This document shows, one piece after another, positions 1 through 10,000 of a stretch of DNA of 52,991 bases. The notes beneath the pieces were generated by a model. It saw only the letters and a program-made list of their open reading frames with translations, ran no database searches and was not told where the DNA came from. The stretch comes from Patescibacteria group bacterium (lineage in GTDB: Bacteria; Patescibacteriota; Minisyncoccia; Phycocordibacterales; UBA9973): assembly GCA_018816985.1 (NCBI GenBank), contig JAHIVA010000021.1, positions 1 through 52,991 of the forward strand, in the 5' to 3' direction. Position 1 is the stretch's first letter. Every line of letters starts with the position of its first letter. The position numbers and the translations under genes were made by a program.

Positions 1-519
1 AGTATATGTCTGCGTAGAAGGTCCGACACAATAAGCTCCACCATTAGCCGGAGCCGGATTGGTACAAGTACGAGTCTGAGTACCAGAAACTCCACATTGC
101 GTGCTCTGTGAACTCCAAGCACTCCAACCTCCGTTGACTATAGTAGGGGTTTGAGCACATGGAGAAGTTGTAAAATTATTAATATTTAAATTTACTGTGC
201 CAAAACGATCATTTCTTACTACAAGTCTGAAATAGTAAGTGGTATTTTCAGTGAGACCGAAAATAGCTTGTTGAATATCTCCATCTGTGTAGAAAGGTGG
301 TTGTACGGCGGTTGATATCCATTGTCCATTTGCTGTATTGTATTCAAAATGTGCATAAACTGGAGGATTAGTGCCTGTAGTAACGTATCCAGTTAGGGTA
401 GCACTATTACAGGAAGTAATAATATTTGCAGATGCTGGAGTAGGAACGACCAAAAAACCGAAGAGCGTAATAACACTCAACATTATTAATTCGACAGATA
501 ATTTTATTTTTTTATTCAT
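1..519 (-). CDS. Secreted surface protein with FN3-like domain and thrombospondin type-1 repeat (partial, runs off the window start)
   Basis: Not in the ORF track. Manual translation from ATG at 519: [31 protein letters not shown] (signal peptide), then [14 protein letters not shown] (FN3-like), then [39 protein letters not shown] (TSP1-like). Open to position 1. Confidence 0.85.
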   Translation of the reverse strand, partial: MNKKIKLSVELIMLSVITLFGFLVVPTPASANIITSCNSATLTGYVTTGTNPPVYAHFEYNTANGQWISTAVQPPFYTDGDIQQAIFGLTENTTYYFRLVVRNDRFGTVNLNINNFTTSPCAQTPTIVNGGWSAWSSQSTQCGVSGTQTRTCTNPAPANGGAYCVGPSTQTYT

Positions 520-630
520 TATATTTTTATCAACTATTTTTAATCTTTTCTTAAAAAGTAAAAATTCGACATTTTACTTTCCGGAATTATCAATTTTAAT
601 AATAAATTTTGAATTAATAACTTTGGAAAG

Positions 631-714
631 TAGAGGAGGCTGTGCAATAAAACACATGAACCTCCTCTCTGATAATGGCGTTCCTCAAAAGGGGGAACCA
701 AAAGAGAAACGCCA
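631..714 (-). terminator. Two stem-loops downstream of the GC-rich gene pair, probable terminator
   Basis: AGAGGAGG (632-639) pairs with CCTCCTCT (661-668); TGGCGTTCCTC (676-686) pairs with GAGAAACGCCA (704-714). Both lie just past the stop at 724. Confidence 0.55.
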
Positions 715-723
715 AGATTGAGA

Positions 724-1581
724 TTACCGACCTCGTTGGGCAACACCAGTGTTGCCACCATGTCCATTTCTTGCCGACCCAGTGTTTCCACCGGGGCTGA
801 TGCCGGTTGGTGGCTGATGTTGTCGTGGTGGCTGATGTTGTCGTGGTGGCTGATGTTGTCGTGGTGGCTGATGTTGTCGTGGTGGCCGATGTTGTCGTGG
901 CTGGCGGTAATTTCTTCCATCACGATGACCACCACCTCCGCGACCAGTGCGGTAACGGTTGCCGGTGCGAACTGCATCGTAGCCACCACCGTAACCATAA
1001 CCGTAACCGATGGGAATTTGAACATCGATCCCCACCCCAACCGGCAGAGATTGAGGGTAGTAGCCATAGTTGGCGGGGGTTGTGTAGTAATTTTCCTCAG
1101 GATAGCTTGCCACAGGAGAGGTTCCTCCTCCACAGTCGCAATTGCAACTCGCGTTGTTGTTACGACCATCGTAACCATCACGACCTGGAGAACCCGGAGG
1201 TCCTGGAATCCCCTGAAGACCTTGTGGCCCTGGTTTGCCGTCCTTGGCTTGGACGATGGGGCCAACGACGATATTACGGTTAACCTCGTCGTTGCCACAA
1301 GAAACTACCCACTGCAGGATTCCATCCTTCTGGGCCACTACGGTCGCAGAAGGCAACATACATTCTCCCACCTGCTCGGGGTGGGATGCCGTTGGCCTGA
1401 ATCTTAGGTTGACGACCAACGGTCTGTCCGTGACGGTTAGGGTTTCCCCCTCCGCCAACTGACGATGGGTGTTCATGGCGGTCGGACCGCCAAGAACGCA
1501 TGCGGGAACTGCCGCGTTTAGCGTGCAGGGCCCGAAAATCACCGCTGCCACGAGAGTCGTGGCCATTAACAGCTTTTTCAT
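724..1581 (-). CDS. GC-rich secreted low-complexity protein (collagen-like GXX stretch, Tyr/Gly-rich region, RQHQPP repeats)
   Basis: Start moved to MKKLLMATTLV at 1581: AAGGAGG SD upstream, ATGA overlap with the upstream stop, and a signal peptide. Contains GKPGPQGLQGIPGPPGSPGRDGYDG. Confidence 0.8.
   Translation of the reverse strand: MKKLLMATTLVAAVIFGPCTLNAAVPACVLGGPTAMNTHRQLAEGETLTVTDRPLVVNLRFRPTASHPEQVGECMLPSATVVAQKDGILQWVVSCGNDEVNRNIVVGPIVQAKDGKPGPQGLQGIPGPPGSPGRDGYDGRNNNASCNCDCGGGTSPVASYPEENYYTTPANYGYYPQSLPVGVGIDVQIPIGYGYGYGGGYDAVRTGNRYRTGRGGGGHRDGRNYRQPRQHRPPRQHQPPRQHQPPRQHQPPRQHQPPTGISPGGNTGSARNGHGGNTGVAQRGR
809..898. repeat. 18-bp tandem repeat x5 (GGTGGCTGATGTTGTCGT), encoding RQHQPP on the minus strand
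   Basis: Four identical copies at 809-880 and one single-mismatch copy at 881-898. Confidence 0.95.
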
Positions 1582-1886
1582 CGTTGACGACCTCCTTCCG
1601 GGCATCGTACTGGAACAAGGCGTTCGCCAACGATGTCCCGAACATACGTGTGACCATCCCAGCGTGGGTTCCCTAACACAGGAACCTTTTCAAAACATCG
1701 GGCAACCACAATAGGTTGTGGTTGCGGTTGGGCAGCTGCGGCTCCAAAGAGGAAGCCCAGCCCCGCAAAAACACAGGGAACGATTAAATTGGGTCCTCCA
1801 TGTCCACCACGAGCCTGCGCGCTCGCTGGCGCGCAGAAACCAACAACTGCGATCGCCACGAGGGCGACCAAAAACTTTTTTTTCAT
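1578..1886 (-). CDS. GC-rich small secreted protein with glycine-zipper-like hydrophobic segment
   Basis: AAAGGAG SD, signal peptide MKKKFLVALVAIAVVGFCAPASA, segment FAGLGFLFGAAAA, paired Cys near the C-terminus. Confidence 0.8.
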   Translation of the reverse strand: MKKKFLVALVAIAVVGFCAPASAQARGGHGGPNLIVPCVFAGLGFLFGAAAAQPQPQPIVVARCFEKVPVLGNPRWDGHTYVRDIVGERLVPVRCPEGGRQR

Positions 1887-1966
1887 TTTTTTCTCCTTTC
1901 TTTCAAAGAATTTTAGGGGGATACCCCTTTTTTTGGAGCACTTTCCCCACCGTTTTTTCAGTTAGG

Positions 1967-1995
1967 ATTGTATCATACCTTAGTGGAAATGTCAA
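1967..1995 (-). promoter_or_regulatory. Sigma70-type promoter for the GC-rich gene pair
   Basis: Minus strand TTGACA-N17-TACAAT with an extended -10 TG. Confidence 0.75.
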
Positions 1996-2041
1996 ATCAA
2001 AAATAGTTCTTATTTGTCTCTTTTTTTGCTAAAATAGCAGT

Positions 2042-3136
2042 ATGCTTTTGACTCCATTTTATGATCCGGAAAAATCTTACGAGGAAAATTATAAAAAAGG
2101 TCCTTTTGGAGATTTTGCTAATGGAAAAGTTTTTAAAAATGAAGAAGAAGCGAAATATAATTTTCTAGGCTTTAAGGTAAATTCGCCTTTTGGTATTCCA
2201 GCTGGTCCACTTATCAATGGAAATTTTATGCAGGCAGCTTTTGAAAAAAGTTTTAATATTTGCGTTTACAAAACAGTGCGCACGCGCGAGAAAAAATGCA
2301 ATGATTGGCCGAATGTTTTACCGGTTAAGGTTGAGGGTGATCTAACGATGGAAAAAGCTCGACAAGGATTGATTACTAAAAAACAGTTTACCGAACCATT
2401 GGCTATTACTAATTCATTTGGTAATCCTTCTTATGACCCGAAAATTTGGCAAGCGGATATTGTTGAGCTTGTGAAATGGGTGAATAAGCGAAAGGGACAA
2501 GTGGTCTGTGGAATGATTGAAGGTACACGTTGGTCAGCTGATTTTACTGAACAAGATTTTTTAAATGACTGGGTTTTGGCTGCTCGCTTAATGAATGAAA
2601 CTAAAGTTCACGTAATTGAAGCTAATTTTAGTTGCCCCAATGAAGGTAATGAGGTTAAGCGACTTTTATGTTTTGATATTGAGCAATCTTTTCGTATTGT
2701 GGAAGCGATAAAAAAAGAAATTGGAAGAACACCTCTCATAATTAAAATTCCATATTTTGAAAACGAAATAGAATTACAGGAAATGGTTCAAAAACTGGGA
2801 AATGTCGTGGATGGTTTTTCCGCTATCAATACTATTCCTTCAACAATTCAAGATGAAAAAGGAAATCAGGCACTCCCAGGTGGAGAATGGCGACTGAGGT
2901 CTGGTGTCTGTGGTGCTCCGATTAAATGGGCTGGGCTGGAGATGGTTCGAAGATTAAAAAAATTACGGGAAGAATTTGGATATTCATATACTATTATTGG
3001 GGTCGGAGGAGTGACCACGTCGGAAGATTTTTTTGAATATCGAAAGGCCGGAGCTGATGTTGTAATGTCGGCTACAGGTGCAATGTGGAATCCGTATCTG
3101 GCGCAAGAAATTGCAGAGAGGCTGAAGAAGAGTTAA
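2042..3136 (+). CDS. pyrD: Dihydroorotate dehydrogenase (class 1-like)
   Basis: FGIPAGPL, YKTV, ANFSCPN catalytic Cys loop, IIKIP, AINT, IIGVGGV, GADVV; sits in the pyr cluster. Confidence 0.85.
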   Translation: MLLTPFYDPEKSYEENYKKGPFGDFANGKVFKNEEEAKYNFLGFKVNSPFGIPAGPLINGNFMQAAFEKSFNICVYKTVRTREKKCNDWPNVLPVKVEGDLTMEKARQGLITKKQFTEPLAITNSFGNPSYDPKIWQADIVELVKWVNKRKGQVVCGMIEGTRWSADFTEQDFLNDWVLAARLMNETKVHVIEANFSCPNEGNEVKRLLCFDIEQSFRIVEAIKKEIGRTPLIIKIPYFENEIELQEMVQKLGNVVDGFSAINTIPSTIQDEKGNQALPGGEWRLRSGVCGAPIKWAGLEMVRRLKKLREEFGYSYTIIGVGGVTTSEDFFEYRKAGADVVMSATGAMWNPYLAQEIAERLKKS

Positions 3137-3145
3137 GATGGCTTT

Positions 3146-3808
3146 ATGAATAAAAAATTACAACAAATAGCCCTAGATTTCTACAGACTCAAAGCTATAA
3201 AATTTTCCAAAGAAGGATTTAAGTTTAATCTTCACGCGGAGCACCCAGAAGCGCCAGTAAGCCCAAATTATTTAAACTTACGAGATGTTTTTCGTAACCC
3301 AGAGGTTAGAAAAAAAATTGCTCAACAAATTGTGCCTATAGTGAAAAAATTAAAACCGGATATTTTAGTTGATTTGCCACAATCAATCTCTCCTATTACC
3401 ACGACCGTTTCGGATATGACCGGAATTCCAATGATTTCCGTACGGTCAGAAGCTCTCAAAGGGGTAAAAAAAGACCATGGGGTGAAACAAAATATAAATG
3501 GTACCTTTAAAAAAGGTCAAAAAGTTTTGATTATTGATGATGTGGTTTCCAGTTATGCTTTTACTAAAATTAAAGCCATAGAGGTTTTAATAGAAAGTGG
3601 CTTAAAAGTTATTCCTATAATCATCGTCGTGGCAGATAGGGAAGAGGGAGGAAGGGAAACTTTGAAAAAAATTAAATTTGATTTAGTTAGTGTTTTGGGT
3701 TTTAAAGATATTTTAAATTTTTACCTTGCTAAAAAATTAATAAATAAAGAAGATTATAAAAAATCTTTGGAATATAATAAATTTGCCAAAGATTATGTCA
3801 CAAAATAA
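3146..3808 (+). CDS. pyrE: Orotate phosphoribosyltransferase
   Basis: SPNYLNLR, KDHG loop, PRPP-binding VLIIDDVVSS, VADREEGG. Confidence 0.85.
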   Translation: MNKKLQQIALDFYRLKAIKFSKEGFKFNLHAEHPEAPVSPNYLNLRDVFRNPEVRKKIAQQIVPIVKKLKPDILVDLPQSISPITTTVSDMTGIPMISVRSEALKGVKKDHGVKQNINGTFKKGQKVLIIDDVVSSYAFTKIKAIEVLIESGLKVIPIIIVVADREEGGRETLKKIKFDLVSVLGFKDILNFYLAKKLINKEDYKKSLEYNKFAKDYVTK

Positions 3809-4626
3809 TGATGAATATTATAGATAAATACAACAAAAGAGCTAAAAAGGTAGATTCATTATTGTGCGTTGGGTTGGATGCAGATTTTGCTAAAATTCCA
3901 AAAAGATTTTTGAAAAAGAAATTTCCACAATTTGAATTTAATAAATGGATTATTGAAGAGACGCACGAATACGCGGCTGCTTTTAAAATGAATAGTGCTT
4001 TTTATGAAGCACGAGGGGATAAGGGAATAAAAGAATTAAAAATGACGATGGATTATTTGAATAAAAATTATCCTGATATTTTTACAATTTTGGACGCGAA
4101 ACGCGCCGATATCGGCAATACTAATAACGGTTATGTAACAGCGATTTTTGATTGGTTAAATTTTGATGCAGTTACCTTACATCCCTATTTAGGGAAAGAG
4201 GCCTTGCAACCGTTTTTAGACAGGAAAGATAAAGGTTGCATTATTCTCTGCCGAACTTCCAATCCGGGCGCTGGTGAATTACAAGACTTGAATGTCAAAC
4301 ACCCGATGTTTGACACAAGAATGCCACTTTGGCAAATTGTGGCGGAAAAAGTTTCTCGAGACTGGAATAAAAATAAAAACTGCCTGCTTGTCGTCGGTGC
4401 GACTTATCCGAAAGAAATGAAAAAAATCAGACAAATTGTCGGGGAGATGACTTTTTTGGTGCCGGGGATAGGTGCTCAAGGCGGGGATTTGCAGGCTACC
4501 TTGAAAGCCGGATTAAACAGCAAGGGTTTAGGGCTTATCATTCATTCTGCCCGAGGGATTATTTTTTCCGGCAACCCAAAACTTGAAGCGCAAAAACTTC
4601 GGGACGAAATTAGGAAATATAAATGA
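3808..4626 (+). CDS. pyrF: Orotidine-5'-phosphate decarboxylase (subfamily 2)
   Basis: LCVGLD, ILDAKRADIGNT, LVVGAT, LVPGIGAQGG. Confidence 0.95.
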   Translation: MMNIIDKYNKRAKKVDSLLCVGLDADFAKIPKRFLKKKFPQFEFNKWIIEETHEYAAAFKMNSAFYEARGDKGIKELKMTMDYLNKNYPDIFTILDAKRADIGNTNNGYVTAIFDWLNFDAVTLHPYLGKEALQPFLDRKDKGCIILCRTSNPGAGELQDLNVKHPMFDTRMPLWQIVAEKVSRDWNKNKNCLLVVGATYPKEMKKIRQIVGEMTFLVPGIGAQGGDLQATLKAGLNSKGLGLIIHSARGIIFSGNPKLEAQKLRDEIRKYK

Positions 4627-4665
4627 GACTTGATTTTATTTTTTAAAATGTTAATATTTTACTTA

Positions 4666-4779
4666 ATGTATCAGGCGAAGAAAAAGTTAAACACCTTTCG
4701 AACTCACAACTTTAATATTTCTGTTTCTATTATAAAAACCCCTATCGGGGTTATTTTTTTGTCCCAAATATATGCTTAG
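4666..4779 (+). promoter_or_regulatory. Candidate leader peptide and attenuator upstream of pyrC-carAB-pyrB
   Basis: 37-codon ORF MYQAKKKLNTFRTHNFNISVSIIKTPIGVIFLSQIYA* reads through hairpin AACCCC-TATC-GGGGTT plus T tract (~4737-4760) and ends within the first codons of pyrC. TGtTAATAT lies just upstream. Confidence 0.5.
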
Positions 4780-6007
4780 TATTGAAGGAATTATCGTAAA
4801 TAGTGAGGGGCAAAAAAGAGGTCGGATTGAAATCGACCAAAAGACCGGGTTAATTGTAAAAGTTACGGAACCATCCGGTGTGGCTGATGTCATTTTAAAA
4901 GATGAGTTAATCTTTCCTGGTTTTGTAGATTTACACGTGCACGCGAGAGAATGCGCAGACCACAGCCAGGACTACAAGGAGGATTTTAAAACCGCAGGGC
5001 AGGCGGCTATTAATGGCGGAGTAGTTGCTTTTATGGAAATGCCGAATAACCCTACTCCGCCGATAGATGATAAAAGTTATGCGGAGAAAAAAGAATTGAC
5101 ACAAAAATGCCCGATAGAGGTTGTGCTTTATGCTGGAATTGGAGAAAATACTCAACCGTTACAAAAATTGGCGTCCTATAAAGTTTTTATGGGACCTTCG
5201 GTTGGTGATTTATTTTTTCATTCGCTTTCGGAATTGGAAAAAGTTTTAGTGCAGTATCACGGACGTTCTGTAAGTTTTCATTGTGAGGATCCGAAAATTT
5301 TGGAAGATAATAAAGAGCGAGTTACTCACGGTGAACGTCGTCCTCCCGAAGCAGAAATTTCAGCGATTGATTTTGCCCTACAAATGATTAAAAAATATAA
5401 TTTACAGGGGAAAATTTGCCATTGTTCAACTAAAGAAGGTTTGGAAAAAATAAAAAATGCTAAAAAGCGCGGAATAAACGTTGTCGCGGAAGTTTCTCCA
5501 CATCATTTATATTTTGATTCTGAAATGCTGACAGAAAATAATCAGAAATTTATACAAATAAATCCACCTCTTCGCACTAGGGAAGACAGAAATTATTTAA
5601 TAAAAGCTTTACTTGAAGGGACGATAGATTTTATAGCCACTGACCACGCTCCGCATACCGAAGACGAAAAATTAAAAGGGACTTCTGGTACACCCCAACT
5701 CGATACTTATGGGCCTTTTGTTACTTGGCTGATAAAAGAACATAACTTTACTCCGGCGGACATTTTGCGTGTTTCTAGTTATAATCCTGGTAATTTTATT
5801 AATCAATTTACTGAAGGCAAGTATGGAAAAATAGAAGAGGGATATGTCGGGTCACTGACAATTCTTGATTTAAATAAACCAATTATGATTACTAAAGATG
5901 AACTTAAAACAAAATGTGGCTGGTCAGCGTTTGAGGGAATTACTTTTCCTGGCAGGGTGACAATGACGATAATAAAGGGCAAAGTTTATGCAAAACAAAA
6001 CGAGTAA
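4772..6007 (+). CDS. pyrC: Dihydroorotase
   Basis: PGFVDLHVHAR, EMPNNPTP, FHCED, EVSPHHL, INPPLR, ATDHAPH. Confidence 0.93.
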   Translation: MLSIEGIIVNSEGQKRGRIEIDQKTGLIVKVTEPSGVADVILKDELIFPGFVDLHVHARECADHSQDYKEDFKTAGQAAINGGVVAFMEMPNNPTPPIDDKSYAEKKELTQKCPIEVVLYAGIGENTQPLQKLASYKVFMGPSVGDLFFHSLSELEKVLVQYHGRSVSFHCEDPKILEDNKERVTHGERRPPEAEISAIDFALQMIKKYNLQGKICHCSTKEGLEKIKNAKKRGINVVAEVSPHHLYFDSEMLTENNQKFIQINPPLRTREDRNYLIKALLEGTIDFIATDHAPHTEDEKLKGTSGTPQLDTYGPFVTWLIKEHNFTPADILRVSSYNPGNFINQFTEGKYGKIEEGYVGSLTILDLNKPIMITKDELKTKCGWSAFEGITFPGRVTMTIIKGKVYAKQNE

Positions 6008-7058
6008 AAAAGCTAAATTAATATTAAAGGATGGAAGTACTTTTGAGGGCGTGTCTTTTGGTGCGGAGAAATCTGTTTCTGGAGAAGTGGTTTTTGCTAC
6101 CGGAATGGCAGGATATCCAGAGGCTTTTACTGACCCTTCTTTTTGTGGACAAATTTTAGTAATGACTTACCCGCTTATTGGAAACTATGGAGTGCCGAAA
6201 AAAGAATTTTGGGAATCAGACAAAATTCAAATTTCTGGTTTAATAGTTTGTAACTATGTAGATACTCCCTCCCATCACGCTATGGAAAAGACACTTAGCG
6301 CTTGGCTTAAAAGTCGGGGTATTCCTGCTTTGGAAATTAAGGATACCAGAATGCTTACTCAAAAATTACGGGATGAAGGAGTAACTTTAGGTAAAATTAT
6401 TGCCGGCAATAATACCGTAAAATTTGAAGATCCAAATCTCAGGAATTTAGTGGCGGAAGTAAGCACTAAAAAAGTTTTATTTTTTGGTCAAGGCAAAAAA
6501 ACCATTGTGATTATAGATTGTGGTGAAAAAAGAAACATAATACGCAGACTATTGGCTCGCGGATTGAAAGTAGCGGTAGTGCCTTTTGATACAGATGTAG
6601 CTGAATTAAATTTCAATTTTGACGGAGTTTTAATTTCTAATGGTCCCGGAGATCCCAAGATGGTAAAAACCACAATAAAAAATGTAAAAAAAATTATCAA
6701 AAAAGGAATCCCCACACTTGGTATTTGTTTAGGGAATCAGATTCTTACTTTAGCTTTGGGTGGGGATACTTATAAATTAAAATTTGGACATCGCAGTCAA
6801 AATCAACCTGTGGTGGAAAAGAATACTAGAAAGTGTTATCTCACAACCCAAAATCACGGTTTTGCTGTTAATAAAATTCCTAAAAATTTCACTGAGTGGT
6901 TTTATAACGCTAACGACAATACAAATGAAGGGGTGATTCATAAAAGTTTACCGATAATGTCTGTGCAATTTCATCCCGAAAGTTCGCCTGGGCCACTTGA
7001 TACGGATTGGATTTTTGATTATTTTTTAGAAAGAGCGGGAATAAATTATGAAAAATAA
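5988..7058 (+). CDS. carA: Carbamoyl-phosphate synthase small subunit
   Basis: GEVVFATGMAGYPE, YPLIGNYGV, SNGPGDP, GICLG, QNHGFAV, VQFHPE. Confidence 0.97.
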   Translation: MQNKTSKKAKLILKDGSTFEGVSFGAEKSVSGEVVFATGMAGYPEAFTDPSFCGQILVMTYPLIGNYGVPKKEFWESDKIQISGLIVCNYVDTPSHHAMEKTLSAWLKSRGIPALEIKDTRMLTQKLRDEGVTLGKIIAGNNTVKFEDPNLRNLVAEVSTKKVLFFGQGKKTIVIIDCGEKRNIIRRLLARGLKVAVVPFDTDVAELNFNFDGVLISNGPGDPKMVKTTIKNVKKIIKKGIPTLGICLGNQILTLALGGDTYKLKFGHRSQNQPVVEKNTRKCYLTTQNHGFAVNKIPKNFTEWFYNANDNTNEGVIHKSLPIMSVQFHPESSPGPLDTDWIFDYFLERAGINYEK

Positions 7059-10000
7059 TAAATTAAAATTAATAAAAAAAATACTAGTGCTTGGAAGCGG
7101 CGCTCTCAAAATAGGAGAGGGAGGGGAATTTGATTATAGCGGAACCCAAGCCATTAAAGCACTGAAAGAAGAAAAAATTAAAGTGATTTTAGTTAATCCA
7201 AATATCGCTACTTTTCAGACATCGAAAGATTTGGCAGATGAAGTTTATTTTTTGCCAATAGACACTTTTTTTGTTGAAAAAGTCATAAAAAAAGAAAGGC
7301 CCGACGGAATAATGCTTTCTTTTGGCGGACAGACGGCGCTTAATTGCGGACTTCACCTAGAGGAAAAAGGAATTCTTAAAAAATATAATGTGCAGGTTTT
7401 AGGTAGCCCCGTATCATCTATAGAACTTACTGAAGATAGGGAAAAGTTTAAAGAACACTTAAAAAGTATCGATATCCCCGTACCTCCTTCTGGAAGTGCG
7501 ACAACTTTAGCAGAAGCAAGAAAAATTGCTCACAAAATTGGCTTTCCCCTTATGATACGTGCAGCTTTTGCCTTAGGGGGGCAAAAGTCCGGTGTGGTAA
7601 ATAATGAGAATGAACTTGAAGAAACAATAAAAGGGGCACTAGCTGTTTCTCCCCAGGTTTTGGTTGAAAAATATCTTCATCAATTTAAAGAAATTGAATA
7701 TGAGGTAGTGCGTGACTGCTACGACAATACTGTTACTGTGTGTAATATGGAAAATCTTGACCCGCTCGGTATTCACACTGGAGATTCTATTGTAATTGCC
7801 CCTAGTCAGACGCTTAATAATGAAGAATATCAGGGGCTTAGGGAAGCTAGTATTAAAATTGTACAAAGTTTAAAAATAGTAGGAGAGTGTAATGTTCAGT
7901 TTGCTCTTAACCCATCTCCCGTGGGTAAAGGGGTAGACTATTTTGTAATTGAGGTAAATGCCAGACTGTCTCGCTCAAGTGCGCTGGCTTCTAAGGCTAC
8001 CGGTTATCCACTTGCTTATGTGGCCGCCAAGCTCGCTCTTGGATATAATTTATCTGAAATAGAAAATAAAATTACAAAAGTGACTCAAAGTTTTTTTGAG
8101 CCGGCACTTGATTATGTGGTGGTAAAAATACCCCGCTGGGATTTGATAAAATTTACGGGCGCGATAGAGCAAATTGGCAGCGCAATGAAATCCGTAGGGG
8201 AGGTAATGGCAATTGGCCGAAGTTTTGAGGAGGCCTTGGGGAAAGCTATTCGGATGCAGTCTGGGAATGTTGAGGGTATTACTGATAATGGATTTAAAAA
8301 TAAAAAAGATTTAGAGAATTTATTAAATGTTCCGACTCCGAGAAGAATTTTTGCCATAGCGGAAAGTTTTAAAAAAGGAGTAAAGATAGAAAAGATTCAC
8401 AAAATCACTGGAATTGATTTGTGGTTTTTGTTTAGAATAGAAAATATTGTAAATTCCGAAAAGAATTTTTTAAAAAATAAAATTTTAAGCAAAGAAAATC
8501 TATTAATTTTAAAACAAATAGGCTTTTCGGATAAAAAGATTGGAGATTTGTGTGGAAAAACAGAATTGGAAATTCGAAAACTGCGAATTCATTTTGGAGT
8601 TATCCCATCAGTTTTTACTATTGATACGCTGGCTGGGGAAGTGCCGGCCAAAACTAATTATTTATATCTAACCTATTATGGAAATCACAATGATGTTTCT
8701 CCTCTTGGTAAAAATGCAATTATTGTTTTAGGTAGTGGTCCGTATCACATTGGTTCTTCGGTTGAATTTGACTGGTGTTCTCTTCATGCGGCACTTGCCC
8801 TTAAAAAACACAAAAAACAATCAATTATCATAAATTGTAATCCAGAAACAGTTTCTACCGACTATGATATGTCCGACCGTTTATATTTTGAAAATCTGTC
8901 TTTTGAAACAGTCGCGGATATTTTTGAATTTGAAACTGCGGGTGGTTTGATAGTTTCAGTTGGTGGACAAAGGCCAAACAACCTTGCTAAAAAACTTTCA
9001 GAAGCAAAATTTACTATTTTGGGCACCAAAGCGGAGGACATTGATCGGGCGGAAGATCGTAATGCCTTTTCAGCATTATTAGATAAGCTTGGAATTTTAC
9101 AACCCAAATGGCAGAGTTTTACTTCTAAAAAAGAAGCTGAAAAATTTACAGAAATCGAAGGTTTTCCAGTTTTGGTTCGTCCTTCCTATGTTCTTTCCGG
9201 GTCAGCAATGCGTGTTTGTTATAATAAAAAACAATTGCACAATTTTATAAGTAAAGCAGCAGTTTTATCTCCGCTTCATCCGGTAACTGTTTCTAAATAT
9301 ATAGAAAATGCTAAAGAGCTTGAGTTTGACGGAGTTGCGCAACAAGGAAGACTTATGCTTTATGGTATTTCTGAACACGTAGAAAATGCCGGAGTACACT
9401 CAGGAGATGCAACTATCGTTTACCCGACCCAAAGAGTTTATGCTTCAACAGAATTTCAATTACGCGATATTTCTAAAAAAATTGCGCGAGAACTTTCCAT
9501 TACCGGACCATTTAATATTCAATTTTTAGTAAAAGACAACCGTCCATTTGTAATTGAGGTAAATGTACGGGCCAGTCGTACTTTTCCCCTTTTATCAAAA
9601 GCAATGGATGTCAATTTCCCTGAAATGTCGGTGGATAGTTTCTTTGGAAAAGCCAAACACCATAATTTTGTATATCCGAAAGGAGTTATTGTAAAATCTC
9701 CACAATTTTCTTTTTCTAGATTACTTGGTGCGGATCCAGTGCTTAGAGTAGAAATGTCTTCAACCGGAGAAGCAGCTTGTTTCGGTCGGGATTACGATGA
9801 AGCGCTTTTGAAATCAGTTTTAAGTACCAATAAATTTGATTTCAAGAATAAAAACGTTCTTCTTTCCTTAGGAGGAGAGATAAATAAAGCTAAATTTTTA
9901 GAAACGGCTGGCCTCCTGCTTTCTTTAGGTTACACAATTTTTGCCACAGACACGACTGCTGAATTTTTTAAAAAACATAACATAAATTGCAAAGAAGTAC

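Noticed and set aside
809..898. Possible CRISPR array
   Set aside because: The repeats are head-to-tail with no spacers and lie in frame within a CDS.
540..1407. Alternative long ORFs over the 18-bp repeat (540-1298 minus with HHDNIS; 718-1407 and 807-1283 plus)
   Set aside because: They are shadow frames of GC-rich repetitive DNA. Only the 724-1581 frame has an SD, a signal peptide and a coupled upstream gene.
7909..7935. CCCATCTCCCGTGGGTAAAGGGG in carB, and similar weak hairpins in comEC (~37426-37454) and argS (~42922-42945, ~43582-43603), as further in-frame repeat insertions
   Set aside because: Too degenerate to support without orthologue alignments.
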